Shown piece by piece: positions 26,684 to 40,557 of a stretch of 64,000 nt of DNA. The DNA comes from Octopus vulgaris (taxonomy: Eukaryota). The stretch lies in contig OX597829.1 of NCBI GenBank assembly GCA_951406725.2, positions 1,426,001 through 1,490,000 on the forward strand, read 5' to 3'. The notes beneath the pieces are model-generated. The model ran no database searches, had not been told where the DNA came from, and was given only the letters and a program-made list of their open reading frames with translations. The position numbers were made by a program, and so were the translations under genes. Position 1 is the first letter of the stretch, and the number at the start of each line of letters is the position of its first letter.

Positions 26684-27950
26684 GCTTATCTATCTGTTCA
26701 TGTGTCTATTTATATATGAGCAAGGACATAAGAATAGTTGTATGATTTATTGAGAGAAATAGCATCATCCAAGAAATTTTCTGAGGTCCTCCAGAAATTG
26801 GTTGGGGAAGAGAGAGAGAGGAAATGTTTAGCGGTAAATTTATCTTCACGTATCCTGAACTTTACTTTCAAATGTCATGTATAACATTATCGATGAATAA
26901 AAGAAGTGGGTGTAATAATATTTTCGACAAGTTCAGCTCACAAGAAACTTAATTTGCCTCGAGAAATTGCTAATTTTAAAGAAGACTCAAGACAAAGATA
27001 TAAAGGCACTTGTGTGACTGGCTGATACGCGACAACTGCCATCAACGATTATTGCTGACATGTTAGATAACGACAAAAATGAAAGTTACTGGGAGGCATA
27101 TAAAGAGACTTTCTTGCACAGTAAAACATACAATCTGCATCCTCATCAATATTTCAGCTGTGTCACTCCTTTAACTCTCCTTGTATTCGTTTCAATGAAA
27201 CCTTTTCTGACATTTCCCCTCCTCTTCCCAGCTTAACCACCCTCTTCCTTATTAGGTCTCCTCTCTCGATATCCGTACACATCCACTCATAGACATTCTC
27301 TTCATAGCTACTAAAAGTGTATCTATCGCTCACCTAACCGCTTCTCTGCCTGATTTATATACTTTATGTAAGCTCTTCTATGTCTAACCTACCATCCACT
27401 AACGCTACACTATGTCTAAACTATGCTTCACGTTGCATCTTCTACGCCCAACGTAACTCCACCGCCGTGTCTAACTTTCTGTGTCTATTTAATCCCGTCC
27501 ATGTTTAACCTATGGTTCACCTAACTCCTGCGTCTAACCTACCGTTCGTCTGACATCTCAATTGTTTCTTTTCTTCTGAACTAACATTTTAATTCCTTCT
27601 CTCACCAAGTTTCTACTAGTTTCTCCTTCAGTCCCTTTACTAAGTCATAATATATACACAATGTCGATAGGTCACTTTTCCTATATCAGAGACGACGAAT
27701 TCTTCTTCGAACAAGAGGCTGGTTGCGACTCTATAAGTTTGTTCATAGATTAGTCAACAAATCAAGCGTAGCTATCACGACTTTTCTCAAAGGCCCCGAG
27801 ACAGAAGAATGGAGTTTAATCATCCACACATATGAGACCTATACTAAATATTTTGTAGCACAGTTTATCACACTAAAAGCACACAAGGTCCAAAGTGCGG
27901 AGTTAAACAAAATGACAGATTAAATCTATCTTTCAGAAATAGGATCCGCT

Positions 27951-28742
27951 ATTTCTACGGCGGCGAGTTGGTAGAAACGTTAGCACGCCGGGCGAAATGC
28001 GTAGCCGTATTTCGTCTGCCGTTACGTTCTGAATTCAAATTCCGCCGAGGTCGACTTTGCCTTTCATCCTTTCGGGGTCGATAAATTAAGTAACAGTTAT
28101 GCACTGGGGTCGATGAAATCGACTTAATACCTATGTCTGTCCTTGTTTTGTCCTCTCTGTGTTTAGCCCCTTGTGGGTAGTAAAGAAATAGGTATCTCAT
28201 CTGCCGCTACGTTCTGAGTTCAAATTCTGCCGAGGTCGACTTTGCCTTTCATCCTTTCTGGGTCGATTAAATAAGTACCAGTTACGCACTGGGGTCGATA
28301 TAATCGACTTAATCCGTTTGTCCGTCCTTGTTTGTCCCTTCTGTGTGTAGCCCCTTGTGGACAGTAAAGAAATAAGATGTAGTATGTCTTTACGTTCTGA
28401 GTTCAAATTCCGCCGAGGTCGACTTTGCCTTTCGTCCTTTCGGGGTTGATAAATTTAGTACCAGTTACGCACTGGGGTCGATGGAATCGACTTAATCCGT
28501 TTGTCTATCCTTCTTTGCCCTTTCTGTGTTTAGCCCCTTGCGGGTAGTAAAGAAATAGGTATTTCGTCTGCCGCTACGTTCTGAGTTCAAATTCCGCCGA
28601 GGTCGACTTTACCTTTCATCCTTTCGGGGTCGATAAATTAAGTACCACTTACGCACTGGGGTCGATGTAATCGACTTAATCTCTTTGTCAATCCTTGTTT
28701 GTCCCCCTCTATTTTTAGCCCCTTGTGGGCAATAAAGAAATA
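27951..28742 (+). mobile_element. SINE family A four-unit concatemer
   Basis: One head plus four ~185-bp bodies; single 16-bp TSD agaaataggatccgct at 27935-27950 and 28743-28758. Confidence 0.9.
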
Positions 28743-29537
28743 AGAAATAGGATCCGCTTCTTCCTATATGGAAATCCATTCAAAATGTATGTCATCTTGA
28801 ACGTATAGCCAAAATACACGTCCAGCTAAACACGTCGAGCGGTGCAATTGAACACGAAACCATAGCGCTAACGGCGCGAACATTTTAACCAAACAGCTAT
28901 GCATGCATTCGAAATATTTTCCCTCTTACATTCCCGTTCCACGTCAAGCTGGTATCTTCATCTTTCAGCCATGTGCCTTGAAACTAATATCGATGATTTA
29001 TTGGATGACAAATCAATCGAACGTACCTACTTTGTACCTAATTTAAAAGACATTAATACTTCTTAGTTCTCATCAATACTGTTGTTTATTTCTTTATTAT
29101 TTATTTATATTTCAGTATTTCACGGCACAAAGGTTGTATGCTTCAGTGGGATGAGGAGGTTGGGGCAAGATTTTATTAGCTTTTTTGAAGGGAATTAGCG
29201 CCTAAGTTGAGTGAATTTACTTCAACCGCACATTGAAACCGTTTCGTTTCCTCAGCTTTCTCACCGCATTCATGCAATTATTTCTGTGACCAATAAAAGA
29301 AATTATTATTTCTAAGGGAAATTTATTTGTAGTTTTGTTCTGTAATTTAGCGAGGATCAATGATCTATTAATGCCATCATTAACATCTGATTCCTTTTCT
29401 GATTTAAACCAACGTCGTTTGAAGACATCGACAAATTTTCCACTAAACCTTTTGATGTGGGAATGGAGTGGAACGCTCTTATATGTTCATTACTATTATA
29501 TTGAAAAAAAAAATACAACAAAAATAAATATCAGAAC

Positions 29538-29592
<55 letters not shown>

Positions 29593-29905
29593 GAAATTAT
29601 AGAAGAATCTATACAGTGCCAGATGCAATGCATTTTTGGTGTTCGAATATAACATTTTATGTTTGGTATTCAAATCCCATTGCAGTTGTTTTGTCTTTCA
29701 TCCATTCCTAGTTTGATAATAAGCACTCTTCATATACCTACTGCTTGCAGGAATTCTTCTGGTAATTGGTGTAACATAAAAAGGAATATAGAGAAGCATG
29801 AAAAAATAAGTAACTTTATATAGTAGATGTGTAAAAATGAATGTACACAATACACACTTCCTGTTAACAACACACCTACACACCCACACGTTTACTACAC
29901 CCTCC

Positions 29906-29970
<65 letters not shown>

Positions 29971-30038
29971 CTCTCAAATACATATCCATCAATGTGACAG
30001 TTCGAGTAATTTTTAAAAGTTCAAAAGGAAAAAATACC

Positions 30039-30039
<1 letters not shown>

Positions 30040-30136
<97 letters not shown>

Positions 30137-30188
30137 GTTGTTGTTGTTGTTGTTGTTGTTATTGTTGTTATTGTTATTATTATTATCA

Positions 30189-30268
<80 letters not shown>

Positions 30269-30287
30269 ATTGTTATTATTATTATCA

Positions 30288-30346
<59 letters not shown>

Positions 30347-30356
30347 GTTGTTGTTG

Positions 30357-30422
<66 letters not shown>
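30040..30422. repeat. Compound (ATT)/(GTT)/(ATC) array with internal higher-order duplication
   Basis: Direct reading. Confidence 0.9.
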
Positions 30423-30423
<1 letters not shown>

Positions 30424-31609
30424 CTTTGTTCGTGAATCGATTTAAAAGATATTGGTGGCATCTTTTAATAATCGTGTTGAGAAAATAAATGAACGGAATA
30501 AATTTATTGAAAATATTTCATTTTTATCTGCAGCAAAATTACTCCAACGTAATTAAACACAACAGTATAACAAATCAAAACTGTCGAAAGAAAGAAGCAA
30601 AACGAAATACAACCAAAACTAAGCATTTGAAAATCAGAACAGACCCATATTATTAGACGAATAATATTATTCCAAACACACTAACCAGGCATTTTGCCTG
30701 AATCAGTATTGATTTCTTTTTTCTAGCCAAATTAAATTGAGTTTATCGCTTAATCACGCACATGTGCTATCAGATATAAACTAATCCAATTGCCAAAGAT
30801 GAGATTAAAGTTCAACATTTTGTCGGAAGATGCATTATTAAGACACAAATTCCATTATGAAAAAGAAAGAAAAAAACAAACAAAAACAAAACAAAACTGA
30901 AATCAAGCATCGATGTGGCAACTGCATTTCCAAAAACGGACGCGACCTCGAGTACTATCGTCAACAGCACAACCGCCATCACCACTAATCACCATTAACA
31001 TGGCTACTAGATTTTCACGACAACGACTGCGACCATTACCACCATTTACACCATGCAGCTATCTATCTCTTTCCCTTCAACAAAACTTAACATCCTCAAA
31101 GGAGCAGAAGAAACACGCGATAAAATGCCAAACAGCTTAAGCCTTGGGTGTTTCTTAAAGGTTTTGCCAGAATTTTTGAAAATTATCGAAATGACAACCT
31201 TTTTCTTTAATAAGAATAGGATTAATTTTAGTACGGTGATAAAATTATGGAAGACAGGAAACTCAGAAAATACAAAACACAAACAGATACAAAAAAAAAA
31301 GGAGATTATTGATATAGAGGGCTTATAAATACATCCTTATTTAATTCGTTGCATTTCTTATTTAATAATTTATATAATTTTAATAAATTATATAACGTAT
31401 AAAGTAAAGAATATATAGCTTAATTAACGGAAATATTTCGGCAAATACCTTATTTGGACGTGTATGTTTATGTGCGTATTTGTGTATATGTGTCTGTGTG
31501 TTTGTGTGTGCGTGTGTGTAAGAGTGAGAGTGAGTGAGAGAGAGAGAGAGAGGATGGAGAGAGAGTTTCAATATGCATTTAACACAGACATATTTGTATG
31601 TGATAAATA

Positions 31610-32660
31610 TGAGGTCCGATCATGAAGTATCGGGACTGGTGTTATAAAAAGAAACCTATGTACATATACTGTTGTGTCTGGGGAGAGGCATTTTCTTTTT
31701 GTGCCTTATAATGTAACTCACTCAACGGTAAAATTTCCACTTATTTCTTATTTTTATTTTTCTAAAGTTTTCGTTGCGTCTTGCAACCTTTTCAATAGTC
31801 TTGACTCTGTCCGTTATTTACACTGCGTTCCCTTTTGTTTGTTTGTGCGCATGTGTGTGGGTCAGTGTGTGTATGTGTGTGTGTGTGCCTATACATGCAT
31901 GCATGTACGTATGTATGTATGTGTGTGTTTGTATGTATATGTATATATGTGTGTGTATGCATATGTATATATGTATGTATATTTGTGCATCTGTATGTAC
32001 GTATCCTGCATATTTATGTGTTTGCATGTCCGTTGTTTGTGTATTTTCTATGTATGCGTGTATGAGCATGTGTTTGTATATGTATGCATATATAAGGCAC
32101 AAAAAGAAAATTACTCTCCCCAAACACAACAGAATATGCTTCAAACCGCGAACTCATATAAGGAATCTTGCAAACCAAATCCAAAAACGAAATATGTACA
32201 TTTGATCATCGGAGTTTAATCTCCTTCGAAGTAGGCCCTTTCTGAAATCGTACACTTCATCCAGCGTTGTTGGAACTTCTTCTCAGGTGATAGAGAGTAG
32301 CTGCCTCATCACATTCTTCGAGTGGCTTTCTTCGACATCTTGAAATCTTTACCTTTCAAGTGGGATTTAATTTTTGGAAGTAAGAAAAAGAGAAAAGTGC
32401 AGATATCACCAAGCTTTTGGTAAATTTGATGCAGAATCTCTTCTAATCTTTGCTGTCACATGGTCATTGATAGAACCTCTGTGGTGTGGCGAGACGACCA
32501 CACTCTACACACCTTACTTGCAAACACTGCTATTAACAACGGAAGTGAGCGAGAACGTTATAACTTAGTGTGCATGCGCGACAGACTTCAAGATTAATCT
32601 GTGCGTACTCTAGTTTCATTATCATAGATACAATCCCGATTTTTTTCTTTCATACATCTG
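31610..32660 (-). mobile_element. Internally deleted mariner relic, interrupted at 31666-32192
   Basis: Minus-strand C-terminal transposase FFLLPKIKSHLKGK...QQRWMKCTISERAYFEGD* (32217-32390); TIR-like tgaggtccgatcatgaagtatcgggact at left, right end degenerate. Confidence 0.7.
31666..32192. mobile_element. Fold-back element family F, copy 1
   Basis: Inverted arms around a microsatellite-like interior; 9-bp TSD tatgtacat at 31657-31665 and 32193-32201. Confidence 0.75.
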
Positions 32661-32839
32661 CTAGTGCACCTATTTACATATTGATAAACTGGTTGTCTCA
32701 AAGTTTGTGAGTGTGTATATTCATATCTGTTGGCAGGATGGCACTGATTCCTTGTTACACGGATAGATAAAAACAGACAGAACAACGTTTATATAAACAC
32801 CCACACATGTTTGTTTTATTATTATATATATAAATATTT

Positions 32840-33285
32840 AAGGTTGCGAGCTGACTGAATTCTTAAATACCGGGCAAAATGCTTAGCGGCATTTCGTCCG
32901 TCTCTACGTTCTGAGTTCAAGCACTGCCAAGGTCTACTTTGCCTTTAATCGTTTCGGGATCTATAAATTAAGTATCAGTCGAGTACTGGGGTCGATATAA
33001 CCGACTTACCACTTACCCCAAAATTTCAGGCCCTGTGTCTATAGCAGAAAGGATTATATATATATGCTTAAGGCAGAGATTTGGCAGAATCGTTAATATA
33101 TTGGGCAAAATTCTTAGCGGCCTTTCTTCCAACTCTTCGCGTCCTGGGTTCAAATTCCGTCGAGGACGACTTTTCCTTTCATCCTTTCGTGGCGGATAAA
33201 ATAAGTGCAAGTTGAGCACCGGGTTCGATGTAATCAACTAACTCCCACCCATGAAATTGCTGGCTTTGTGCCAAAATTTGAGGCT
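32840..33285 (+). mobile_element. Two adjacent old family A-related SINEs
   Basis: Diverged heads at ~32840 and ~33070 with recognisable core. Confidence 0.7.
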
Positions 33286-33704
33286 ATCATGCATACGCTT
33301 ATGTATATATCTATATCGATATATGCGCATGAAGCATCCTTAGATTGAATTACCGGTGTGCATAACAGTACTAGCGATATTTTGATTTAGAGAAGCAACA
33401 CAAAGTGATTTGTATGTCAGCTCAGGAAGATGGTGGATGGCCAGATATTGTTTTCAACATGATTTAGTAATGAAGAGAGAGTGAGAGAGATACAAAACTT
33501 ATTTGTTAGAATATCGTTATGGCGATAGATAGATAGATAGATAGATGGATAGAGAGAGAGAGTCAAACAGATAAAGAGAGGTGGATAGTTTAAATAGGAA
33601 GTGAGTTTTACTTAGGAAAAGCTCTATGTATGTTATTTTCACAATGTAGATCTATTGTTTGCGATGTTCAAAGTTTCTAAATGTACCCTATAATAATAAT
33701 GATA

Positions 33705-33765
<61 letters not shown>

Positions 33766-33767
<2 letters not shown>

Positions 33768-34029
33768 CCCTGATGCAGTACTAGGCAGTGACTTACGTGG
33801 TTCCTGGTCTTAACCGACTGGAAGTGTTATCGTGTACATTTTTTTGTCTTGTTATAAAAGATGGGCTACAGCAAATATTTTGCGTAACTGGTACTTAATT
33901 TATCGACCCCGAAAGGATGAAAAGCAAAGTCGATCTCAGTGGGATTTGAGCTCAGAACGTAGCGCAGACGAAGTACCGCAAAGCATTTCGCCCGGCGTGC
34001 TAACGTTTCTGCCAGCCCCTCGCCGCCTT
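33766..34029 (-). mobile_element. Chimera: family A SINE 5' part joined to the terminus of the unclassified repeat seen at 37461
   Basis: 33766-33881 matches 37461-37577; 33881-34029 is family A reverse complement; (GAT)n on both sides. Confidence 0.7.
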
Positions 34030-35099
34030 GAAAATGATGATGATAATGATGATGATGATTTTTATTTGGCATTGCATTCATAAAGAGGATTGTGGTGATG
34101 TGTTACAATCACCAGTGTTTTTATTGATACATCATGTCAAGTGTGATGCCACCTCTCCTGGAGTAGATTTACTCCCAGGAAGAAGTTCTCAGCCGTTTTT
34201 GTCCTCGAGGCATTCATTACTATTATTACTGCAATCCGAATCGTTAATGTCTCCATTTGTAGTACTAAATAGCAAGAAAAATTCACAATTCTCACAGAGA
34301 AATTTCCAGGGAAAGCTACTCTCTCTACTACTCTTCTTCATTGCGTCAATTCCTCTGACAACTATACTGAGAAAATCCAGGCCTGTCTATGGGATTCTGG
34401 CTACGTTGAGTTAAGACACTTCATAACTTCGTTTAATTTCGTGAATATGACAGTAAGCATTTTTGCGAAACTTTTGGTACTGAAATAAACTTACATTTCG
34501 ACAGTATTCTCCTTTAGGTTGGTTAAATAATGTTTTTATTTTAATTTTACTTATAATCCCTCTCACGCATGTTGTTTATAACTTGTTTTATTCTTACTCC
34601 TTGGAGCACTCCAGTTCACAATATATGCGTAATTTTGTCCATTAACTTTTTACAAGGTGTGAGAGAAGGGAAGAGAGAGAGAGAGAGAGACTATTTGAGA
34701 GAATGAGATGCAGAGAGAAGGAAAAGAAAAAAAAGAAAGTAGAGAACGAGAATGTTCTTTTTATCAAATTGAATTTTAATTTATTTTATTTTATGACCAG
34801 CAATAATAATAAACCTGCTAATCAATAAGATTACGACGCGCCCGATCACGTGATATGACCAAACGTTCAGTCATGCCAACACATTATGCAAATGGAACAA
34901 AATCGATCCAATCAGTTGCATTGTATGTATGACATCAACTTGAATTAATCTTCGCATTTAATTAATACAGATATCTCCACGAAATAGCTTACAAATTGCC
35001 CTTCGATGAAAGCCCCTAATTGATATCTTGATTGTTTAATAACTCTTTGTTTCATAAGAATGCCCCCAACATGTCTTTCTCATAAACGTAGCTGCTACA

Positions 35100-35132
<33 letters not shown>

Positions 35133-35144
35133 GCACGTGTGTGT

Positions 35145-35187
<43 letters not shown>

Positions 35188-35191
<4 letters not shown>

Positions 35192-36472
35192 CTCAATGTG
35201 AAAATAAGATAATTGGCATTAATACGCTAGTTGTCTCAGTTATAAGTTATTGTTATAATTTTATTAAGGGGAGACTAAGTGAACTAGCAAAACTAGACAG
35301 GAAAATACTGACGAAATTTAAAATACACTACCTAAAATCTGACATGCAAAGGTTATTATCCAACGAATTGAAGGTGATAGAGGCCTTACAGAATTAGAAA
35401 ACTACTATAAAATATCCACCATAAGACTACAGAAATGTCTAACTCAGAACCAAAGAAAACTGACACAAATAGTCATAAAACACGAGCAAAACAAAAAAAA
35501 CTGTTTCTGTCATCAAGGAAGCCAAATAATTCAAGAGGTCATAATACTTGACAGCTGTAAAGCAAAAGAAGAAACAATAAAAACTGTAAAGCAACTGAGA
35601 TATATTCTAAAACTCGAGCTACATAATACTACGTATGATAAAACGATGGCAAGGGAGGTTCTTACATGGCAAATAATGGGATAGGAGAAACAGAAAAGAA
35701 ATAGACAAAGGAAAAATCACAGCAAATGTTGAGAAGTGCAGGACTCAAAAAAAGAGACTTTGATGGCGACACAAGATCACATCCTACTCTCCAGAAGCAA
35801 CCAAAAACACATAATGAAGAAAAATACAAGTAACTGCAGAATACGTGATGAGGCGGAGGAAACGGTAAATCATATTTCTTTGGTTGTCCAGTCTTTTCTA
35901 AGAAGGAATACATCCACAGATATGACAGGATTGTGGTCTGTCTATACTGAAAGCTATGCCAACACTTTGGCACATCCCAGGAAAGGTCTCAGAAAAATGA
36001 CAAAGCTACCATACTATGGGATATGTCAATTCACACAGAGATCAAGGCTAATAGGCCAGATATTGCAGTGATGGCTCACCAAGAATAAAATAGATTCTGA
36101 TCGATATATCAGTCACAACAGCTGACAAAATATCTTTAAAAAGAGAAACACTCGAAATACGAAGATCTGCAAATAGAGATAAGCCGAATGTAGAGGCTGA
36201 AAACAGAAACAATCACTATAATAATAGGTGTATTAGGCATGGTTGGAAAGGAAACATGCAGACTAATACATAACTAAAACACCAGGACTGTATGAATGTA
36301 TATAACATACATAAAATAGCAGAGCTAGGTGCTGCACACATCTTGTGTGAAGCACTTTTAATATAGTAAAAATAATAACACCAAAGCAAACTACAGCACA
36401 TACCCAGATCATACAGAGCTGTGTTCAGAAGTACAGTGATAGCACACAATAAAAATAAAACTACGGAATAAC
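35188..36472 (+). mobile_element. Decayed 5'-truncated Dong/R4-like non-LTR retrotransposon
   Basis: Fragments NKIIGINTLVVSVISY..LDRKI, ETLMATQDH, NCRI..EETVNHI parallel the 40.7-kb ORF; 3' end runs into (AAT)n. Confidence 0.8.
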
Positions 36473-36474
36473 TG

Positions 36475-37455
<981 letters not shown>

Positions 37456-37460
37456 ATGAA

Positions 37461-37937
37461 TGCCCTGATGCAGTACCAGACAGTGGCACTCTTGACTGCT
37501 GGTCTTAACTGATTGGAAGTGTTATCATGTACATTGTTTTGTCTTGGTATAAAAGATGGGCTACAGCAAATATTCTGCTCAATACCACAGATTTGCTTGT
37601 CAGTTGTTTGACCTTAACCAGTTGAGCATGTCCCTTGGTGGCTGACGATATGTGCATCTCTGATCACGAGCAGAAGTAGTGGGAGAACATCATAGCTGTG
37701 TGTTGAAAGGAATTCTTTGGGGTTTGGATAATTTACCTTTGGAAACATGGGTGTTTCGTTCAATATCCTTAAACAACCTTTATTCAGGGACCTTTTGAGC
37801 GGGATGGGTTACTCGATCTGAAGAAAATTCTAACTGGGCCCCACCTGCAAGGTCATGCGCTGTTTATCTTGATATGAGATCACCATGTCGCGCACATATG
37901 GTTGTGATGCATGTGCCTGGTGTACCCTTATCAGACG
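37461..37937 (-). mobile_element. Unclassified interspersed repeat, probable retroposon 3' end with trinucleotide tail
   Basis: Same terminus (gccctgatgcagtac) at 33766, both directly beside (GAT)/(AAT) repeats; orientation inferred. Confidence 0.5.
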
Positions 37938-37939
37938 CT

Positions 37940-38435
37940 TCTTTTTCCTTCGGTTGTCTTCAGTTATAGCTTTATTGGTTAGTAACTGATCATTATGTGT
38001 CATTGCAGCATTCCTTTTGCTCTTTTGTAAATAAGTTGTTTTCTTCCAGATGTTTGCCCAAACTCTGCGATATTATTGTAGTAAAGGCTTTGTAAATTGA
38101 AGGGAGACCAGATATCAGTATGAAGTTTTGTGGGTTTGACGTTCCCGTGGCTTTGCGAATTAGGATAGTTTTTTTTCTTTCTGTGAGCCATGTTGTCTCT
38201 GGCTCTACGGGTATCTCATTGAATTTCTCGGACAGCATTTTAAATATTCTTGTTAGATATATTTAACCAGAAATTGGGGATCTTTTCTTGCTCGGGGGCT
38301 TTTCAGCTGCATAGTTTCTTTCCACTGTCTGGATGACCTCTTTCATTGTTATAGGAGTTCAGAATTGTTCAGGTGTTGTTTGTTATTTTCATGGAGTGTT
38401 CCTTTGCCGAACATATTATTTTCCAAAATTCTTCC
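37940..38435 (-). mobile_element. Dong/R4-like RT N-terminal fragment
   Basis: WLTERKKTILI...NPQNF...LPSIYKAFTTII...HLEENNLFTKEQKEC resembles RT domains 1-2; abuts (TAA)n at 38440. Confidence 0.7.
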
Positions 38436-38466
38436 ACTAATTATTATTATTATTATTATTATTATT

Positions 38467-38500
<34 letters not shown>

Positions 38501-38505
38501 TTGTT

Positions 38506-38561
<56 letters not shown>

Positions 38562-38573
38562 TACTACTACTAC

Positions 38574-38612
<39 letters not shown>

Positions 38613-38644
38613 CATTATTATTAATATTATTATTATTATTATTC

Positions 38645-40491
38645 CGAAAGACTCTCTGATAGTTCTTAATTACCGGTTATTCTTTACTTGAAAGCAGTCA
38701 ATAACAAATCACCAAAGGTTTCAAGTAGTGCCTTCTCCCGTGACTCAAAGAGACAATACTCTCCTTAGAATGCCAGGTGTACCCAACAATTCTGTCTTCT
38801 GGATCACTTCGAGCCTGACAGCAGCTCCAATATTTTCAATATGTTTTTCAAAGCTCTTGGAAACTGTTCCTAATGCTCCAATTACCACTGGTATCACCAT
38901 TACTTTCCTCATGTTCCATAAATTTCCTATCTCGTCCCGCAGTGGCTGGTATTTCTCACTATTTTCTGTTTCCTTACATTTCAACCTCGAATCGCCTGCT
39001 ATTGCAACATCTAATATCTTTGCTTCTTTTTCATCTTTATGGATGATCACGATATCTGTTCCTATCGCCTCTATGACTTGGTCGCAATGCTTGTTAAAAT
39101 CAAAGTATTTTGTAATGTTTGTTTTCCATTATTCCCTCTGACTTGTGTTCATATTATTGTTCGGCTCTCTCAAGGTTTGCTTTACCGCACAACATCCAGT
39201 GGACATATCTGGCCACATTGTTGTGTCTCCTTTTGCATTTGCGTTGTGCGAGCTTACAGTACTCACTAACAATATGGCTAGAGTTTTTCCCTTCTCAGAG
39301 AGCATATTCTACGTTGTGGTGAGTCAGTGTCTTTATCAATGTGATATTTGGAGTAGTCTGTTCTGAGAGCTTGTTCTTGAGCATGCACACCAATGCCTCA
39401 GTGGGCCCTTTTAAGTCTCCTTTTTGTAGCCATTGCCAGATTGTATTCTAATCAACCTCATCTTTATTCTTCAAGAACTGACTGTGCATTTTCTTGTCCT
39501 GCCAAATTTTCTTTATCTGCTCTCTCTGGTCTTTCTTAAATTGTGTTGGATCTACGGCTGGGTTCACTTTTAAGGTTCCCTGCATTTTCACTGCTTCAAT
39601 CGTTTCTTCTTTATTCCCCTTGACATACCAAGCACCAAGACAAGCTATTCTCCTCTTCCCTTACACAACCTTCACAACACACCAATCCTCGTCCTCCTCC
39701 TTTCCTCTTTACACATAATCTTGACACATCACTCTTGGAGTGTAGTTCCTTGTTCGTTGCCATTAATTTTCATGTTGTCCGATCTTTCTCTTGTAATTCA
39801 TGCTTCATCCAAGATACTATTCCTGCCCCATATCTCATCAAAGCAACCGCCCACCTGTTAATTGCTCTAATCTTATAGTAGCCATTTAGCTTCGATTGAA
39901 GCACAAGCCGGATTCTCCACAAATACTCTTTCCTGTACATTTCTTTCATCTTGTGTTTATCAATCTAATCTTTTTCAATGATACCCAGGTACTTATAACC
40001 TTCCACTCCGACTTCCTTTATAGTTTCACCACTTTCCAGCTTGATCCCATGGCTTTTACTGATTTTCCCCTTTTGAGAATCATTACACCACATTTCTCGA
40101 TCCCAAATTCCGTGCCAATATCTTTGCTAATCATCTGCACAGTTGCCGTCAAACTCTCAATTTCTTTCTCAGTCTTAGTGAATAGCTTTCGGTCATCCAT
40201 AAACCACAGGTTGGTTACTTTCACCATGCCTAGCATGTACCCCACACGCATTTTTCTTAAAACATTCGTTAGTGGCAGTATACAGACAACAAATCAAAGA
40301 GGCGACAGACTGTCCCCTAGAAAGATTCCTCTTTTGTTATTTACCTCTCCCAGTTTTTCTCCCCAATGCTGTGAGTTCAGTTCGCACCGTTGACGTTGAA
40401 TTTTGTATTAACTTCAGGATATTGTGAGAGACCTTAAGAAGTTTAAGGCATTATATAATCCACGGGTGTGTAACCATGTCATATGCTTTCC

Positions 40492-40492
<1 letters not shown>
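38645..40492 (-). mobile_element. Decayed Dong/R4-like non-LTR retrotransposon (RT core to endonuclease)
   Basis: KAYDMVTHPWI, GDSLSP, NLWFMDDRKLF, EFGIEKC, then ILDVAIAGD...EKYQPL...VIPVVIGALG; (TAA)n on both sides. Confidence 0.85.

Positions 40493-40557
<65 letters not shown>

Noticed and set aside
29232-29262. Minus-strand CTGAGGA-aac-GAAAC
   Set aside because: No stem II possible and stems I/III unconvincing
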